Of a DNA stretch of 64,000 bases, positions 10,849-24,100 are shown piece after piece. The stretch comes from Basidiobolus meristosporus CBS 931.73 (Eukaryota > Fungi > Basidiobolomycota): contig MCFE01000014.1 of NCBI GenBank assembly GCA_002104905.1, positions 62,001 to 126,000 on the forward strand, given 5' to 3'. The position numbers and the translations under genes were made by a program. The number at the start of each line of letters is the position of its first letter. Within the stretch, counting starts at the first letter, position 1. Below the pieces are notes generated by a model that did not search any database, was not told where the DNA came from, and saw nothing but the letters and a program-made list of their open reading frames with translations.

Positions 10849-11480
10849 TGTTATAAAAGTTTGTAATTCCACCTAAATATTCACCTAACTTAGTCACTTG
10901 GATCATTGCCTACAAATCTTAGAGAATTCTGACCAGATTCCTTGTTGCAATTTACTTGGAATATTCCCACTAAAATATCAGGTACTCAGACCATGACATC
11001 ATTGTTAGGAGGGCATTCTTCTCCCATGACAATATCCCAAAGGCCTCTTTCTTGTAGCAGCATCTTCATCTTCACCTTCCACACTTGGTAGTTAGATCCA
11101 TCCAACTTTTTAGCAGAGGGAGAAATTCTAGTAATAGCAGTAGTAGACATTGCAGAGAGTGACAGCTTGGGGCTCATAACCTGTTGTAAGAGTCTTGGAG
11201 ATATTGGAAGTGACTAGGAGTACAAGTAGATTATGTGGCTTTCCCTTGATGATTTATTGAATGTAATAGTAATATTTATACTATTACCACATAATCTATT
11301 TGTCCTCCCAATCACTTCCAATATCTCCAAGACTCTTACAACACTGGGTACTTGGTATTTTCACCTACACATCAGGTACTCAGAACATGAAAATCAGTTG
11401 TGTTCCCCAAACAGACCCAAACTTTGCACCCATGTCCTCAGGACCTTTGTAATATATTCAACATGTTTGTTTTGCCAAGA
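10849..11480. mobile_element. Scrambled Ty1/copia (family C) LTR and gag fragments at the edge of the TE domain
   Basis: LTR pieces in both orientations (10849-~10990, 11182-~11280, 11287-11343) around a minus-strand gag start MSPKLSLSAMSTTAITRISPSAKKLDGSNYQVWKVKMKMLLQERGLWDIV with PBS GGTTATGAGCCC. Confidence 0.8.
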
Positions 11481-12773
11481 CCATGCCATATGAAAAGTAA
11501 TTGTGATGATGCTGTCCAAAGGCTACCAATTAAAATCCTGTGACTGAGAGGTATTGATTCTATCTGCACACTGTGCAGAGACCACTAAGAAAAATTGCTC
11601 CCCAGATTTCACAAAAAACTTGGACAAAATTTTTCATCATAGCAATACATAAGTGGCTTTTGATTGGTTCTCTGCCAATTCTCTCACTTTCTGATCCCAG
11701 ACACTCAATCACCTCCTACATTTGTGTACACCAATTGGTTATTGCATCTCTTTCACACATCTGACTTCCAAATTCAACCAATGCTCTTACTTTTTGTGCA
11801 TTCATATTAGTTTATTTCTGTTGAAACTTCAGTTGCAACCCAATTGCCAATTGTATTGATCTATACAAGTCCCTATACTCTATACTAACATTAAGCCCAA
11901 CCCCATACTCTGCAAGTAGCTCCATTAAAATTCACCATTTAATAAGTATTACTGCTGCAACACCCTTTTCCATGACTTGGCAGGAACCCTGCTGTATTGG
12001 CAATTATGCATTCACTGGTTCCCATACATCCTGGTCTTGAGCAGGCATTTCAAGGTCTAGCACTTTATCTGCCAGACTTTGCAATAAATCCTTGAAATAT
12101 TCAAGTGCATTTTCTTGAGCACTGCTATTGAAGAAGTGCTGCAGCCTCATGGTGTGCCTATTTATGTTTCAAATTCCACTGTAGGAAACATGATAGTCTT
12201 TTAAGTTCTGGACATTGTTGCTTTGTCTGTTAGTGAGATCTACACTCTGTCTACAATGGAGGATGTGCAGGGAGTGGTGGATGAATTGCCTTTCTCTGCA
12301 AGCTCCTACACCTCACTGGAGTGAAGTTGAACTGGCTGCACCTCCAACTCTGGTGAAAACAGCTGTTGTTTTGTTGGTAATTCTTGGCTAATATGGGATT
12401 CAGCTTGTTCTGGGCTGAGGGCATTGATTACTGAGAACTGCAGCTTTTTTTGTATGCTTCCCTGTCCCTGACTTCAGTAGATTTTTTCTCTTTACCATTA
12501 CCTTTCTCACTGCCAAGTCATTCACTGCAACTTTGACTGAGTACTTCATATACTGTACTCTGCTTTCTCTTGGCTAAATGCTGCACTGGTGCATTCTTTT
12601 CTGCCTGCTTGTCCCTTAACAGCACTCTGCTGGCAGCCTGGTGTTTCATTGCTGCTTGTTTCAAGCTTTTGGCTCAGCTTGTGACAGGATCCTGAGAAAG
12701 CCATGTGTTATTATCACTGTCATGTCCTCTACTGCCACTTTGACTGAGTGCTTCTTGTAATGAGCTATACATC

Positions 12774-14390
12774 TGTTGTAAGAGTCTTTGTGATATTAGA
12801 AGTGATTGGGAAAACAAGTAGATTATGTATGCTTAGGAAGGTCCCAAGAACATATGTGCAAAGTGTGGGGCTTTTTTGACAACTTTGAGAATCTTCATGT
12901 TCTAGGTATCTGATACTTTGTTGAAAATAATCTGAGCAATTCCCAACAAGGAACTTGGTCTTTATTCTCTATGATTTGCAGGTAATGGTCTGGGCAACTA
13001 TGCTAGGTGAATATTCAGGTGGAGCTGCAAATGCTTACAACACCCCCACTCAGCTATATGTTCATTTGTACTAGTCCTAATCTTGACCTAAGATAATCAC
13101 ATTTTCTCTAGCTAATGGCTTGGTGAGTATGTCTGCAATCATTTTATCTGTGGAGCAGTAAACTAAGTTAACCATGTGATTTCCTATAGTTTGGCATATG
13201 AAATGATGTCTAATATATATGTGCTTGGCTCAGGCATGAATAGGTTGATTTCTACATGATTGTATATATCATTGATTATTTTGAAATAGAGTAGTAAGTG
13301 TTTTTGACATAAGCCTAAATCTTTAAAAGGGTTTCTTAGCCACATTGCTTCTTTTGTTGCTTCACAGGCTGCCATATACTCTGTCTCTGTGGTAGAAAGT
13401 GCCACAGTTGGTTGCTTTCTTGAATTCTGTGAAATTGCTCCTTCAGAGCAAAGAAAGGTGTATCCTGCAGTGGATCTTTTGTCTTCTAAGTCTGTCCCCA
13501 ATCAGCATCAGAGTATCCCACAAGATCCTGTTCTGAATCCTTAATGGAGCACCTTAAGCAGGTATCAGCTGTTTCTCTTAGGTATCCAAAGTCTGCTCAA
13601 CTACTGCAATATGTTTAGATCCACAGTTTTGATTATGCTGGCAGATGGCTCCCACTGGATATGAGATATCAGGAGGTGTCCCAAGCATGATTTACATCAG
13701 ACTGTCAACTGTAGAGCAATATGGGAACTCTGAGCTTTCAGATAGCACCATGCTCTCTTGATTTGGTTGAGTTTTGACCAAGTAAAGGTTTGTCTGCATT
13801 TGGGCACCTACAGGCTTACAGTCTCCCATTTGATGCTTTATTGGGATATCTTGAATATACTTGGACTGGCTGAGGGTGATAGTGTGTATACTTCTGTCTA
13901 TGGAGAACTTTGTTCCTAAGCAGTAACTGAGTTCTCCTAGATCAGACATCTTGAACTCCTTAAATATGCTGGTTATAGTCTGATCCAAGGTTTTTTGGGT
14001 ATTAGTGGCTATAACAGTATCATCCACATATAGAGCAGATAGAGCTGGATTAGCTATATCTGGCTCATAACAGATACTATGGTCAGAAGTGCTCCTTTGG
14101 AAATGCAATGATTCCAAATAAGAATCTATCTTGCAATTCCAGGCTCTTGGTGATGGTCTCAGACCATATAGAGATTTTTAAGCTTGAGGACCAAATGGGG
14201 GTTATCTTGATTAACAAGCCCGTCAGGATGGTCCATGAACATGTCCTCATCAAGTTCTCCATTCAAAATGCAGTTCTTGCATCCATTTGATGAAAAAAAA
14301 CTTGTACTTTGCAGCAACACCTTATGAAAAATAAATTGGTCCTGTGGATAGATCCAATCCAGATCAGCTGTCAAGATCTTATAAGGAAAC
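12774..14390 (-). mobile_element. Ty1/copia family C remnant: RT/RNase H and 3' LTR (12774-13042)
   Basis: [55 protein letters not shown]; polypurine tract next to an internally deleted LTR. Confidence 0.88.
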
Positions 14391-14659
14391 CACTATAATA
14401 CCAGTAGCTTGACATTAATGACCATATATACTATTTTACAACAGGATCACAAAGGCATTTGGATAATTCTACAGCCAAATAAAAATAAAAAACATAACAG
14501 TGTTTGTATGGTGTTTTGACAAGAGTGGCATGGCATTGTTGTGGTCTTAGTGCACTCTATAGCTCTTTGAGTGGATCTAACCAGCCAGTACATCCAAATG
14601 ACAGCCTTGTTGCAGGCCTCCAATGGCATTATTTTGGCAGTATTTCAACCTACAGCTAG

Positions 14660-17600
14660 TTCTGTATAATGCTACTGGCTTAAGCAACTTATCATTGGTG
14701 ATGGAAACCTAACACCAGAGGAGATACTGTTATTCAAGGAGACCTTGAAAAGGTATGATAAGGTCTTCTCATATAATGACAAGGAGATGGGACTCTTAAA
14801 GACATTGGTTGAAAAACCCATCAAGATTCATACAGTGCCCCACACACCCTGGTCATTTAAGCCTTACCCACTGCCCAGAGGACTCCAAGCTGATGTGCAT
14901 GACCTACTAAAGAAGAAGATAGAAGCTGGCATCCTAGAACCTTGCTATGGACCCTGTGCTAACAGATGATTTGTGACCAAAAAGAAGAATGGAAAGCTCC
15001 AATTCATTCAAGACATACAACCTGCAAATGCTGTCACTATCAGAGATGCTGCTATACCTCCATCTATTGATGACTTTGCAGAAAGTTTAGTGGCCACTCC
15101 ATCTACTCAACATATGATCTCTACTCAGGATATGACCAGATCCCCCTTGATGAGACATCAAGAGATATGTTTGCACTACAGACACCATTTGGACTGTTAA
15201 GGATGACAAGACTCAGTCAAGGGGCTACAAACTCTGTGGCTCAGTTCCAGAGATGCATGGTAAATGTGCTGTGTCAGTTTATACCTGAGAAACTTGCTGT
15301 CTTTGTGGATGACATAGGCATCAAAGGATCAAAATTCTGGGACACCACTGAAGTTATGCCTGGAGTAAGAAAGTTTGTCTATGACCATATTGCAGACAAT
15401 GATGCCATATTAGGAGCCATTGAAGAAGCTGGACTCACCATCAGTGGTGAGAAAAGCAGCTTTGGTGTATCAGAGATATCCATTGTTGGACAAAAATGCA
15501 ACACCTTTGGTCATTCACCTGGAGACTCCAAGACACAAAAGATATGCAACTGGCCTACCCCCACAAATCTCACACAAGCTTGTGGCTTTGTGGCTGCTTG
15601 TGGGTTCTGTAGGATCTGGATCCCAAGATTTTCTGAGATAGCAGAACCAATTTACCAACTACAGAGAAAGAACACCCCATTTATCTGGGGAGAAGAACCA
15701 GAAGAAGCCATGCAATTACTGAAAGAGGCCTTAGTATCTCCACCAGTTCTAAGACCTCTTGACTATCAAAACACTGAATGCCCACCTATTTTGACAGTGG
15801 ATGCAAGCCCTATAGGAGCTGGAGCACTACTTGGACAAGATGATGAAGATGGCAACTGCTATGCCTGCAGATATGAGAGCTGCCTATTCTCTCCTAGAGA
15901 ACAAAGATACTCACAGATTAAGAGAGAACTACTAGGAGTTGTGAAGATGCTGAGGAAACTGAAGTCACAACTCTACATGACACATTTTATTCTGGAGACA
16001 GATGCCAAGCCACTTATAGGAATGATCAACAAGCCTGACCTACCTGATGATGCCACAAACCAATGGATGGCATGGCTGAAAATGTTTGACTTTGAGGTCA
16101 AACATATCCCTGGCAAGACAAATGTTGTGGCTGATGCACTCTCCAGGAAGGGACCACAATTATTTGAAGACTTGGACCCTCACTTTGATGATATTATTGA
16201 TGCAGGGATCTGACAGATTGCCATCAAAGACCAAGAGAGAGCTACTTGGAGTCTGATCAAGGAATATCTAAGGACACTTAAGAAACCTGGTTGGATGGAA
16301 ATTCAGGAGTTTAGAAAACTCAGGAAGAAGGCACATCACTACTATCTTAAAGATGCTCTTCTCTTTAAGCAAGTGAAGCCTAGACTTATGCCAAGAAGAG
16401 TAGTCACTACCCCTCAAGAGCAACTGAACATCATGACAAGTATCCACCAAGGAGAACCAGGAGGACATAGAGGACAAGAAGCCACCTACAATACCACAGC
16501 TCAGAGGTACTACTAGGAAAACATGTACTATGATATCCAGCACTTTGTTGAGTCATGTGTAGCCTGCCAGAAGAGATCCTCCAAGCGTTATGAAGAACCA
16601 CTGCATCCTACTTACACAATCTGTCTATGGCAAAAGGTTGGTATTGACCTTGTCCACATGCCAACAGCTGGATCAGAAAAGTACCTGATTGTTGCTAGAG
16701 ATGACCTTAGTGGATGGGCAGAGGCTCAAGCCTTGCCCAACAACAAGAGCCATACCATATGGAGATTTATACTTGAAGACATCATCTGCAGATTTGGCTG
16801 CATCCAACAGTTTGTTGCTGACAGAGGAGAGATGACATCCCAAATGATCCAGGAGTTGTGCTCAAAGTACAAGATACACATTGCTTTTACAACAGCTTAC
16901 CACCCTCAAGCCAATGGAATGATAGAGAGAGGAAATGGACCATTGGTCAACTCTCTTGTCAAGACCTGTGAGAATAACACAACACTATGGCCACAGCAAT
17001 TACATCTAGCACTCTGGGCAGATAGAATTACTACCAAGAGAACAACTGGATTATCTCCATTCAAGCTACTCTATGGACATGACTGCATACTACCAGTTGA
17101 GTTAAACATAGTCACTTGGAACTCATTGAATTGGAGATCCAATATGCAGACTGAAGACCTCCTTGCAACTTGCATTCAGCAACTTGATCACCATGACTTG
17201 AATATCAGCAGAGCTGCTGAACAACTTAAGGATACACAACTAAAGAACAAGGTGCCCTTTGACAAATCACACCCAATAAGACCAAAACCACTATCACTAG
17301 GAGACCCAGTACTACTCTATGATTCCACCTTGGACAAACAATGGAGTCGGAAGTTTGACAACAAATGGACTGGCCCCTACCTCATTTCCAAAGTGATTGG
17401 TAATGGAAGTTATTACATATCTGAGCTTGACAACACCCAGTTGAGAGCACCAGTTGCTGGAAACCAACTCAAGTTGTTCAAGCATGGGAATTTTGCACAT
17501 CAAGATTAGTTTGCTTTGACTCAAGTTCAAAGCTGAGAGGGGGTTGAACCCTCTGGCACCTACTTAGAACATTCTTAGGTCATTCTGATGTCATTCAGAT

Positions 17601-18257
17601 TTCTATTGATATCTGGAACCTTCTGGAACACCTTGATTTGTAATTACTCAGCCAGTAAGAAAAGTATATAAGGGAGGCTATCCCTCAACAATAAATCATC
17701 ATCCCTTTTATCAATATACCAACTTGTTGATTAGTGTGATCACTGCTACCTGCTGCTACCTGAACTTCCAACCCCAGACCACAGGACACTCCCAGGAAAC
17801 TGCGCTGACAGCCAACTGACCTTGGAGGCACTACTTGTGAGGAATACTCAGAGTAGGTATCTTTTATTATATTTGATTCTTTCCCAAGTTTGTTCTTGTA
17901 CAGGCAAAATACTTTTCTGTCTTTGTAACTATTGACCACAGCTGCATTCTTATCAAGTCCCTGCTGGTGGAGTTTACAGTTGTTTTGACTTTGGAAGCTT
18001 TAGTACATTGTCATCTCAAAGGACGCTGAACCCAGCACATACTTTTGTTAAGACGCCAACTAAGTTGGGGATTGTAGCTCAATAGTTTTCCCTTGACAAG
18101 CTTATGGCTTTATTCCCCTTCACATTAGATTAAAGACAGAACCCAAGTATTCCTAGCAAGCTTTTGCCAGAGGTTATTGCACCCAGTGAACACCCCACAC
18201 ACAAAACACTTGAGAAGTGTTGGACATATCTCTCCCTTGGACCTATGCACCACCACA
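14660..18257 (+). mobile_element. 5'-truncated non-chromoviral Ty3/gypsy (Ylt1-like lineage, inferred): degenerate RT-RNase H-integrase and 3' LTR (~17545-18257)
   Basis: RT QGATNSVAQF..VFVDDIGIKG, RNase H TVDASPIGAG..ETDAKPL..ADALSR, integrase H..H..C..C, VGIDLVHMP, ADRG, YHPQANGMIERGN, WTGPY; stops/frameshifts; PPT GAGAGGGGG at 17535-17543; LTR ends ...CACCACA like the solo LTR at 47535-48523. Confidence 0.85.
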
Positions 18258-19811
18258 GCACGGTTTGATCATTCTGGTACTCCATTTTTTGTGGGGAGTA
18301 TAGTACCACAGTATCTTGCTTTATTCCATGAGTCTTGAAGAAGTTCACAAAGAGTCTTGAGGTATATTCTCTACCATTGTCAGAGCATATTTTCATAAAT
18401 TTTCACTAGTTTCTTGTTCCAACATGACTTTAAGCTCCCTGAGCTTAGACAGAGCTTCCTACTTTCTTTTCATGAAGTAATCCCATATGTATCTTGAATA
18501 ATCATCAATAAAAGTGATTGAATACTTCATCCCACCTAAGTATAAATCTTGCCTAGGTCCAAGCAGATCTGACTGAGTTAGATCTAATTTCCTCTGAGTT
18601 TTGAGCAGCCCAGAGTTCTTGAGCAGCTGTTTGGCTTGTTCCCCATATATGCAGGCTTCACAGTGCTCCAAATTGGCTGGGGGATTAGTTTTTACTCCAG
18701 AAATTAGTTGATCTTTGATCATTTTTGCCCAAATAATCAAGTTACTTGTATTGGCTTCCAAATGTGCTAGAATACATGTCAACTTATATATATTCTGATC
18801 CCTGATACCCAATGCAATATGAGTACCATCTTGATTAGTAATCCCACCACCAGAACTGTCAAGACTGAAACTGAGTCCTTTTGTGGTGGCCTTGCTGACA
18901 TATAGTAAGTCCTTCTTGGTTATTACTGGTACATAGAGTACTTCTTTGAAGGTAAGTATGTGGCTTCCTTCACCACTTCTGAGGCTCACTTGAATAGATC
19001 CTTCTTGCACTGCATCAAGTGTTCTATTGTCACCCACAAGAACCTTCTTGTTTGGAATATCTTGATATAGGGTAAAAAGGTCTTTTTGGTGTTTAAAGTG
19101 TTGGCATACTCCAGAGTCAATATACCACATCTAATAATCCTGGTTTTTGGCTTTATTTTGTGCCAATATGATTAGTTTATTTTCAATTATTGCAGTATAT
19201 TTATATTCAGGCTTCCTTTACTGATTTTCTCTCTTCTTGAAGAACTGGTCTAATGTATGACCTTTCCTTTTGCAGTAGTTGCAAAACATGTTGCTGTTGT
19301 TGTAAAAATTTGTAATTCTACCTAAATGCTTACCTAGCTTAGTCACTTATATCATTACCTTTAAATCCTAGAAAATACCGTCCAAGTTCCTTGTTGGTAT
19401 TTACTTAGAATAATATCACCAAAATATCATGTACCCAAAACATGAAAATTCTCAAGGTTGTCCAAACAGCCACAAACTTTGCAAACATATTCTTGAGACC
19501 TTCCTAAATCTATTCTACATGTTTGTTATGCCAAGGCCATGTAAATGTATAAATACTACTTTTGCATTCAATAAATCATTAGGTGAAACCTCATAATCTA
19601 CTTGTCCTCCCAATCACTTCTAGTATCTCCAAGCTCTTAGAACAGGTTACAAACCCCAAGCTGTCACTCTCTGCAATATCAACTATTGCTATTACTGGAA
19701 TTTTCCCCTATGCCAAAAAGTTGGATGGGTCTAACTACCAAGTGTGGAAGGTGAAGATGAAGATGCTGCTACAAGAAAGAGGCCTTTGGAATATTGTCAT
19801 GGGAGAAGAGT

Positions 19812-21115
19812 TGTGGTAATGGAAAGTATTCCATTACTACAATATCTCTAAACCAATATTGCACTCATTTCTTTATTTTACTTTTTGCTATTATAACACA
19901 CAAGTGAAAGATCAAGAATTTCCAACTTTGAAGAATAAATGCTCCAGACCCTGACAAGCAATCCACCCAAGAATATTATGTCATACAGAACACGTAGTAG
20001 CCAACACATGTTTCAAATTACAGCTCATTTGAAGCAGTACTTAAGGAGTTATGACCAAAAGAGTCCAACTATTATATATACTATGCCTTATTGCTAGGAT
20101 TGCTATGATGACTTTGATCGCGTGTAACTTTTGAACCAGCAAATCAAATCACGTGAGATTCTCACAGGTGCTGCGCCTATGTCCAATCTGCGTCACTGCA
20201 AAATTTTAGCTTTGTATCACGTGTATTGCTTGCGCAATTGCCCAAAAACTTTAATCCTTCAAAATTTTCATATATATGACTTCCCCAGCTGAAAAATAAA
20301 GGGAGAGCCTCTCTTTCCAGAATCTCCACACTACAATTACAAGTTTAAAGGTTATAAACTTCCCCTGCATCACTTGCACTGTTGAGTATTCTGACTTTGA
20401 TCAGTACTACATCAGTAAAGAGACTGCAAAGCTCACAAGAATCCAATCTAAGTTCTATAAGAAACTACCACTTTTCTGTCGGAAAAGTCCCCTCTAAGAA
20501 ACCCCTTTACTCTAAAGACACCCCTTTAGACACCCCTTTAGTCTAAAGACACCCCTTTAGACACCCCTTTAGTCTCAAGACACCCCTTTAGACACCCCTT
20601 TAGTCTAAAGACCCCTTTAGAGACCCCTTTAAGAAACCCCTTTACTCTAAAGAAGCCCCTTTAGGCACCCCTTTAGTGTAAAGTCCACTTTAGAGACCAC
20701 TACAAGAAGCCCCTTTACTCTAAAGACACCCCTTTAGACACCCCTTTAGGTCTAAAGACCCCTTTAGAGACTTCTACAACACACCCCTTTAGGTTAAAGG
20801 GGAGTTCAGAATTTTCATATTAGGAAATATTTTCTCAGAAAGGAAAGTGACTTCCAAATAAGGAAAAGTTACTATAAAAGTAAATAAGCCCATTAGTCAA
20901 CAGAAGGTCAGAACACTGCTGTAGAAGTGATAAACACTGCCTACAGTATATTTTGAGCCCAAGATTGAGGAAATTAGTGAAAGTTATATCTTCTATTGGT
21001 ATATCAAACTCCCAATAAACTATTTCAGTATTAGCATACTGGAAGTTGTTGTATATTGTTGATTAGCCTCTACATTGTAGAACAAGCCCCAAACTAATCA
21101 TAATACAACACAACA
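19812..21115 (+). mobile_element. Solo LTR, 1304 bp, inserted in copia gag
   Basis: TGTGG...CAACA termini; 4-bp flanks GAGT/GAAT; copia gag resumes on both sides; TATA 20271-20277 and AATAAA 20295-20300; second copy at 52930-54172 in opposite orientation. Confidence 0.85.
20488..20802. repeat. Tandem CCCCTTTAG-type minisatellite within the solo LTR (31-nt higher-order unit)
   Basis: About 18 CCCC tracts in motif ACACCCCTTTAG; GTCT(A/C)AAG anchors at 20541, 20572, 20603 give a 31-nt period. Confidence 0.9.
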
Positions 21116-24100
21116 GAATGTGCTTTCAAAAACATGGGAGGGGAATCCTTAAAGTAACATAAGAAAGAACAAAGTGCCTTTAACTGTGTTTGTGTCAATG
21201 TCAAAGACAAATTGCTATTTCAATGCTCAAGAGCAAAAATGGCAAAGAATGTCTGCAAGGCTTCAGAAGAAGCCCATCAGTCATGTTCAGCTGCCAATAA
21301 AATGTACCTGAGACAAAAATTCCTGACTACTAAGAAGATGCCAGGAGTAGAAGTAAAAAATATAATTAACAGAATAACCCTGCTGGTGGATGAGATGGAA
21401 TATGTGGGCACACCAACTACTGATGAGTATGGGATAGTGACCATCCTGAATAGCTGGACAGACATGTTTCAGGGTGCTGTATCAGCCCTAGAGTCCAGAA
21501 CTGAAGATTTGACCCTAAATAATGAATATGAAAAGCTCCTGGATGAAGAATTACAAAAATCAAGTGCCAATAAGAAGGAGTAAGAAAATGCACTAATAAG
21601 CAATGATAACCAACAAAGAAGGTACCCAAGACACTACAAAGGCAACAGTAGCCTGCTTTGCAACTACTCCAAAAGGAAAGGACACACATCAGAGTGGTGT
21701 CTAAAAGAGTGAGATAATCAGCAAAAGAAGCCTCAATGTGGAAATGCTGCAAAAACAAAAGACAGACTATTCACATGTGCACTAAATATGACCACAGGCA
21801 AGGATTTTCAGATGTGGCACACTGACTATGGAGCATGTCAACACCTACACACCAAAAAGAACTTTTTACCCAATATCATGAAATTCCAATCAAGAAGGTT
21901 TTCATGGGTGACTTTGGTACACATTGATGCAGTGGGTGAAGGTACTATCCAAGTAAACCTTAAAAGCAGTGAAGGAAGCAGTACACTGACCTTCAAAGAT
22001 GTACTCTGTGTACCAAAATAGTCAAGAACCTACTATCTGTAAGCAAGGCCACTGCAGAAGAACTCAGTTTCAGCTTTGTCAATTCTGGATGCAGGATCAC
22101 TGATTAAAATGGTGCCCATGTTGCTTTGGGTATCTGACATCAGAGTTCATACAAGTTGACTTATATTCCATCATATCTGAAAGCCAATACAAGTAACTTA
22201 AATGAAGAAACACCAATGTTTTGGCACAGGATAATTGGAGATATCAATCTTGATTATGTGAGCCAAATGATCAAAGATCAGCTAATTTCCAAAGCAAAAA
22301 TTGATCCCCCAGCTGATTTGGAGCACTGTGAAGCCTGCATATATGGGAAACAGGCCAGATACTGCTCAAGAGCTCTGGGCTAATCAAAACTAGGAAAAAA
22401 CTAGATCTAATTCACTCAGATCTGTGTGGAATTATGAAAAATATTTTCTTAGGCAGGATGAAGTATTTAATCACCGTTATTGATGATTATACAAGATACA
22501 CATAGGTCTACATCATGGAGAGAAAGGGGGAAGCTCTGTCTAAGTTCAGGGAGCTTAAAGCCCTGGCAGAGGGAGAAACTGGTGAAATAATCAAGAAAAT
22601 GCACTCAGATAAGGGTGGAAAATATACCTCAAAGCTCTTCATGCACTTCTGCAAGATTCATGGAATGAAGCAAGAAACTACTGTTCCATACTCCCCACAG
22701 AATAATGGAGTAGCAGAATGTGCAAACAGATCAATAATTGATGTGACAAGATCAATGATCTGTGATCAAAAGATGTCCTATGATTTTTTGTCAGAGTCAG
22801 TTGCCACAGCTATATACCTTAAAAATAGGAGTTATAGCAGAATACTTTGTGATTAGACTCAGCTAGAAGCATAGTATGGATACAGACCAAGTGCAGAACT
22901 TCTAAGAATAGTTGGGTGTACAGCATTTGCCAAGAAACTGCATGGAAATCAGTCAAAACTTGAGCCAAAAAGTGTAAAATGCATATTATTGTGTCACTGC
23001 AATGAGAGTACAGCATAAAGACTCTACAATACCAAAGCAAAGAAGCTGATCAAGTACAGGGATGAGTTGTTTGATGAAAATTCAAGATATTTACAAAAAT
23101 TGACATCAGATGATGATGAAAATTTGATCACAAGTCCACCAATAGTCAGGATTGAATCAGAGCTAAACAATGAAAATTTTTTCACTCCAGAGATCTCTAC
23201 AACTGTGATTCAGCCAGAATCAGTGCAGTTCAGGGATCTGCAATGACTGAGCAATATCAGGTCCTAATGGAAAATCAAACTTGGGACTTAGCCATATTAC
23301 CAACCAATCAAAAATCAATTGTATGCAGATGGGTCTTTAGGACAAAGTATAAGGCTGATGGGACAATTGAAAGATACAAAACAAAAGGATAACTTGATGA
23401 GGTTATGTGTATGGACCAGCCTGATGGGCCTGTTAACCAAGATAATCTCCCGTTTGGTCTGCAAGCCTAAAAAACTTCCATATTGTCTCAAACAATCTCT
23501 AAGAGCCCAGAATTGCAAGATAGATTCTTATTTGGGATCTTTGAATTTCAATAGAAGTAATGCCAAATATGGTATATACTATAAGCCAGATAGAACAAAT
23601 CCAGTTCTATTAGCTCTATTTGTGGATGATCTTATTATAGCTGCCAATAACCTAGAGACATTGAAACAGACTAAATCCAGTCTATCTAAAGAGCTCAAGA
23701 TGTCCAATCTAGGACAACTCAGTTACTGCTTAGACATATAGTTCTCCATAGACAGAGGTACCCAGACTATTGCCCTAAGCCATTCCAAGTATATTCAAGA
23801 TAGGTTTGATGTATATTATGCTTGGAACATATCCAGATATCTCATATTCAGTGGGAGTTGTCAGCCAGTATAATGACAACTGGGACCTGATCATTTTGCA
23901 GCAGTTAAGGAGATTTGTAGATATATAAAAGGAACTGTTGATAACTGCTTAAGATACACTTATAAGGTTTCAAAACAGGATCTTGTTTGATACTTCAATG
24001 CTGATTGGGGACAAAACTTATACAACAGAAGATCCACCACAGGATATACCTTTCTTTATTGTCAAGGAGCAATTTCATGGAATTCAAGAATGCAACCAAC

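Noticed and set aside
11182-11343. 57-bp foldback as a functional hairpin/MITE
   Set aside because: Both arms are copia LTR ends differing at 4 positions, i.e. juxtaposed debris from different copies.
18067-18095. tRNA-like 5' half GGGGATTGTAGCTCAATAG within the conserved module
   Set aside because: No D-loop GG, anticodon arm or T-loop; the CAATAGTT part is better explained by long-range pairing.
20488-20802. CRISPR array or true interstitial telomere
   Set aside because: No unique spacers, eukaryotic LTR context, and the unit is not a TTAGGG tandem.
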